From Zancudomyces culisetae HAW-14-8 (Eukaryota > Fungi > Kickxellomycota): a stretch of DNA of 64,000 bases. Of this stretch, positions 59,550 through 64,000 are shown piece by piece (position 1 is the stretch's first letter; each line of letters opens with the position of its first letter). The notes beneath the pieces were generated by a model. That model was not told the origin of the DNA. It made no database searches and saw only the letters and a list, made by a program, of their open reading frames with translations. The translations under genes were made by a program, and so were the position numbers. The stretch lies in NCBI GenBank assembly GCA_052426225.1, contig JBNJNM010000008.1:620001-684000 (forward strand), read 5' to 3'.

Positions 59550-60514
59550 CTATAATTTCAGTTCTGGAAAAAAGTACTTGATTTCAGTTCTCGCATTACT
59601 TACAGAGTCTAGTGGTTGTATAGTTGCGTTTTTGTTTTTTAAAAAATATTTCTTATTTTTTGACTTCAAACAAGCAATACAAAAATAAGAGCACTGTGTC
59701 CAACAATGATGGGTCAATCAACTTACCTGAGCCATGAAAGGAATTCCTGGTATCCGTAAGCCCAAGTAAGGATCTTAGTGTGAAATTCGAGGCAAGTTTT
59801 GCCCTATTAAGTTTTTTAATTTTTTAAAATTATTCGAATGTAAATATTTCGGCGTAAAAAGCATAGTAATATAATGGATAGTAATAAGAAAGTACCTGAC
59901 GGGATGAGTGGGGCCGATAAGTTTCCTCCATTTTAGTATAATGTCGTCGCCTTGTAACACCAGTGCTTGAAACGGTCCGCTAAAAAACACGCGAAGATAT
60001 GCATTTAGTAGTCCGGTACGACAATGGAATAAAAGATAATATCAGTATTGGGTATAAACATCTATCAAGAATTATAGTGATGTTTTTACCTTGTCATGTA
60101 GCCCGTTAATCTTTCAAAAAAAAATCTACCCTCGTGCACAGCATAAAAACCATTAGCATCCTCTTTAGTCCAGAAAAACTCTTTTCGAGCCACTATATTT
60201 ATCGGTGATTGAGGTGTGCTTAGTTTTTCAATCTCCAATAATACTCGCTTCACTGCGTAAGGGTCAGCACACAAATCAGGCTTTAAAAGTGCCAACGTAA
60301 ATTCACCATTCGGGCTTTTTCCTGGAGTCGAAAATGCTCTAAACGTGGATTGAAAAAGCTTGGTATTCGTCGTGCCATCGACCAAACAGTTTGGTGAACT
60401 GGTTATCCTGTAAAATGGAACATGTACATACTTTGTGAGCGTTCGGTGTGCCATTCTGAGCGGAGTAGAGGAATACATACCTATATCTTTATCACATCTC
60501 TTTTTATCTTGCAT
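59550..60514 (-). CDS. Nucleoside diphosphate kinase, NME6-like (group II), 4 exons
   Basis: TLALLKPD, FYAVHEGRFFFERLTGYM, WRKLIGPTHP, GLTDTRNSFHGSDS and EIKYFFPE after splicing; long N-terminal extension. Confidence 0.85.
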
Positions 60515-60732
60515 AAAAAACTATTGCACCATCATTGCTCAACATGCCAACCAATGGGGAGTAGAGTTGGAAATATTTTTCTAGCTACCCAATAAAAGTG
60601 TCAATCCCAGTTTACCTAAAGGTAGAAACCAAAACAAGTAAAGCCTCTCACGTTTGAATCAGCTTTTTATAGTATCTCTATTTCCTAAAAAATAAAGCCG
60701 CAACTAGAGGAACTTTAGAACCGAGAACAAGA

Positions 60733-61791
60733 ATGTCATACGTAAAGAATCAATATTTAAGTTTGTACATGTCATTAATGCATTCTAGACATGCATGGAA
60801 AGAAAGGATCCTAGAAAAGATTTTTGAAAAGGAATTTGAAAGTGTCGAGCAATCAATTTTATATGAAGCAAAATTAGATACATGGATGTATGCGGGTTCG
60901 GTTAACCTTGTTTTGGGTCCGCATTTATTCGAAAACACAACCTTTTATGTTAAAAAAATAGAAAAAAAGGCAAGTAAAGTGTCTCAAATAGCAACTAATG
61001 GTACTAATAATCAAGAGAATGGTACCGAAATAAACGAGACGGACTCTGGCGGTGGACTCCAAATTCGGATTGGATTTAGATTTCAAGCTCAAAAACACGG
61101 AATTTATGTGCTTCCACTAGATACAATATGTATGGTATACGAAAGGGAACCGGCAGTTAAATTGATACTATCATTTAGTATTAAGAGCTACGATTCCTCA
61201 GAGAATTTATGCAAGTATACCAACCTTTTAGAGGGTGGTAATCCAGAAGAAAACTTTCTAGGAAACGATTTAAACGAGGAGGAAAATAAAGACGGACTCA
61301 AAGATTTCTCTGGGCAAGCAGCTGGAAGAACCGCCAATTCAAATACAGATATAAATACAGATATAAATACAAATACAAACAACATAAAAGATGAGTGTGA
61401 ATATACCAGTGTAATAATGGGGCTTAATGGGGCAAGCAAACATCTTTTGAGTTTATTGGAAGAGCTTTCTAACCATACCGAAACTCTACTGGAACGTAAA
61501 AAACGTAGCCCATATATTGTAAGTATCTCTGTATATCTTTTCATTTAAAATTATACAGCGTTGTCACAATTGAAGAAAGATTTTAAGATTTATATAAATA
61601 TATATAAACCCACTGCCTACCTGTACAAATATTTATATAATCACCAAAAATACAATTTATAGGCTAGAAGAAATGAGGTGTTGTACCCAAAGGATTTCGA
61701 GCTAGTCCCAGGGACCAGAGAACAGTTAGAAACGTTAAAAAAATTTTGTGAGTCCAATCTAGGTATAGACAGAAAAAGCGCAGCATGTTAA
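60733..61791 (+). CDS. Hypothetical protein, 2 exons
   Basis: 271-codon ORF; a phase-0 intron 61519-61662 (GTAAGT..TAG) continues as ARRNEVLYPKDFELV..SAAC*. No family recognised. Confidence 0.6.
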
Positions 61792-61895
61792 CTGTATTTT
61801 TTGATTATCCTCGAGCATATTAGAATTATGAAAGGGACGTGACAACGTTGATGTACTAGGAATAAAACCGTCAAGTGTATAAATAACAGCCTATA

Positions 61896-62966
61896 CTATG
61901 AGAAAATATATTTGAGAAGCAAAATTATACAAACTGAAGCAACAATAGCCAAAATAACCTGATCGCGAAGCTTCTTCTTGCGGATCTTACGCATCAATGA
62001 ATGCATCGAAGGGAAAACATTGGTAATACCCGACATTCGAGACTGTGTACCGACCAAGCTAGCCTGTTGTTCGCGTAGATCGTTCCTGATTCCGAATGCC
62101 TGACCTACTATAAAATCAGCCTCGTCAAGCGCAGCATCAATATGGATACGCTCGTCCATCAACAGTTGTTGCCCAGAGCTTGCTCCACTTTATGCGGTAT
62201 AAATAAACGTTAGTAACATATTTTTTATCATTGTTATTATTCGTCCGCAAAAGTACAATACTTTTGTGTTAATGTTTCAATTATGTATACATGAACGGCT
62301 TTACAAATAAAGCGTTTATCTCAAGAGAATTAATATAAATAGAGCTATTTTTAATTAATTACCTGCTAATCGTTGCACCACTCATCAAAGCATTGTGATC
62401 CTTGAGTTTCCCGATTTTGATCTATTGTAAAAGGAAATTTTAAAAATGAATAAGAGTTAGACATTAATTAGTTTTTCTTTATATACTCAAATAAAAGATT
62501 GCATGTGGCTACAGAAAAGGGAAAAGATTACCTGGTATTTTTTAAATGAAGTTCGGTATTCTTCGTATAAATCAGAATGCCGTTCTAGAGTTCTAGTTGT
62601 GATTGCATTGCTTGAACCACTTGTAGGTGCGCTATTGTCTAGATCTTGCAACAATACTTCCAACTATATTTAGTGTTTAATCTTTAATACAAATATAAAA
62701 AGGAAATATAGTTTTAAAGTGGTATGCATACAGGTAGCAAGATATCTCTAGAAAAAAAAAAACAATAAATTCCAAGTATATACCTTGTTCAAAGAATCAT
62801 TTATTGCAGATTCCAGTTTCGTAACTGAGGTATTCCAAGCATCGGAATTTAGTTTCGAGGAGCTGTGATTGCTGGCAAAATTGGAATAGCTTGAAAGTAG
62901 AGACTCCAGCTTTCTTTCAAAATCGACGGCATTGCTGGAAAGAGTATTCCAATCCTTTTTGCTCAT
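61896..62966 (-). CDS. GOS1: Golgi SNARE Gos1/GS28, 4 exons
   Basis: N-terminal W..L....E..LE..LSSYS, TLERHSDLYEEY, SNARE motif and C-terminal TM (RDQVILAIVASVCIILLL). Confidence 0.85.
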
Positions 62967-64000
62967 TTTCCGGCTAGTTTTGAGTTCTTATTGTTGAGTA
63001 TTGGGAAAGGAGAGAATGAAGGAAAGAAAGGGTTGATAATTTTATTTTTAGAGATTGTTTTAACTGGGTAACAAACAAATTTAAATCCACGCAAAATCCT
63101 TCATGATTTTACTATATTTTTGCTTTTATTTTACCAAGTTTAAAGCCAGTTTGCTATAAACATATTTCGTCCACTTTATTAAAAAAAGGGGTGAAAAAGG
63201 AAGTAAAGTCAGAGGAAGGATGCAAAATAAAATTTATGTTGTTGTACTTCAGCAGCAGTATATTACTCAAGATAAATAAATGTACGTGTACTACTACCTT
63301 GTCCTGGATGAAAATGGCTCCAAAAGCTTAGGAATGGTAAGAAAAGACAAGGAAGGTGAAGCATATTTGGTAAAGTACCAATATTCACACATTGGTATTC
63401 CTGTAATGGCTCATTTTGGTTGTTTAACCTTTTCTAAAAAAAAATGAGAAAATATAAAGAAATGGGATTTGCCAAGCGTATTCGTGTTCTTAGCCATATA
63501 TGTTAAATTGTGCTTGAAAATCAACTCTACCTACAATATAAAATGCGGCAAGTGAAAATAGTAAATCCTGAAATAAATGTCTTGGCTTGCTCATAAACAG
63601 TTTCTTGGAAGAAGGAAGAGTATTACTGTATACTATACATTCGCATAATAACAACACAACATTTATATCTCGTCCAAGTATTACAGCCCAACACATGTGA
63701 TTCTTTTACTTGGTTTTCATCATCTTATCTCTTACTTTACAGTTTCGACCTCTCCCCCTCCTCCCTTCCCCCCCAAGATGCGAATGGGAATGTTTGGCAT
63801 TTGGGGTTTTTTTTGCCAATTTTTTCAATGTGAACTTTTTATTTGCTCTGGGTTCTGCAATTTAACAATTATTTACCTCAAAAGGTCCATTTAAACTAAA
63901 ATTAGCAAATAGTGAAGTTTTCATATTGACCCTAAATAATTAACACGTCAATTTATAAAATTGTATAAAACACACACAAAAAAAAAAGAAAAAGAAACGG

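Overview
This is AT-rich eukaryotic DNA with short GT-AG introns, fungal by protein motifs and probably an early-diverging fungus (a Kickxellomycotina/Harpellales-like origin is my inference and cannot be proven here). It holds about 19 protein-coding genes. The left half has a long-chain acyl-CoA synthetase, TRM61, a tiny 3-exon SCOC/Slo1 gene missed by the ORF track, an orphan secreted protein, and a duplicated formin + Dnf3-type P4-ATPase flippase module (formin A -, flippase A -, formin B -, flippase B +). The right half has three sphingomyelin-synthase/PAP2_C-family (non-Aur1) genes interleaved with MRP4, glucosidase II beta, OST1, NDUFB8, GDI1, an NME6-like kinase, an orphan and GOS1. 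Main signals: (1) the two otherwise diverged, oppositely oriented flippases share a 981-bp, indel-free tract with only 8 mismatches by manual alignment. This forms an inverted repeat around 18.6 kb that includes formin B, indicating recent gene conversion and possibly a flip-flop inversion that would swap the flippase 5' halves. (2) The three SMS-like enzymes differ (L/A/M) at the known head-group-selectivity residue. (3) One formin has nine introns and a lasso W->L change, while its paralog is intronless. (4) A hidden IITPPPSPS coding motif is conserved downstream of both flippase ORF stops. I saw no CRISPR array, rRNA, tRNA or intact transposon.
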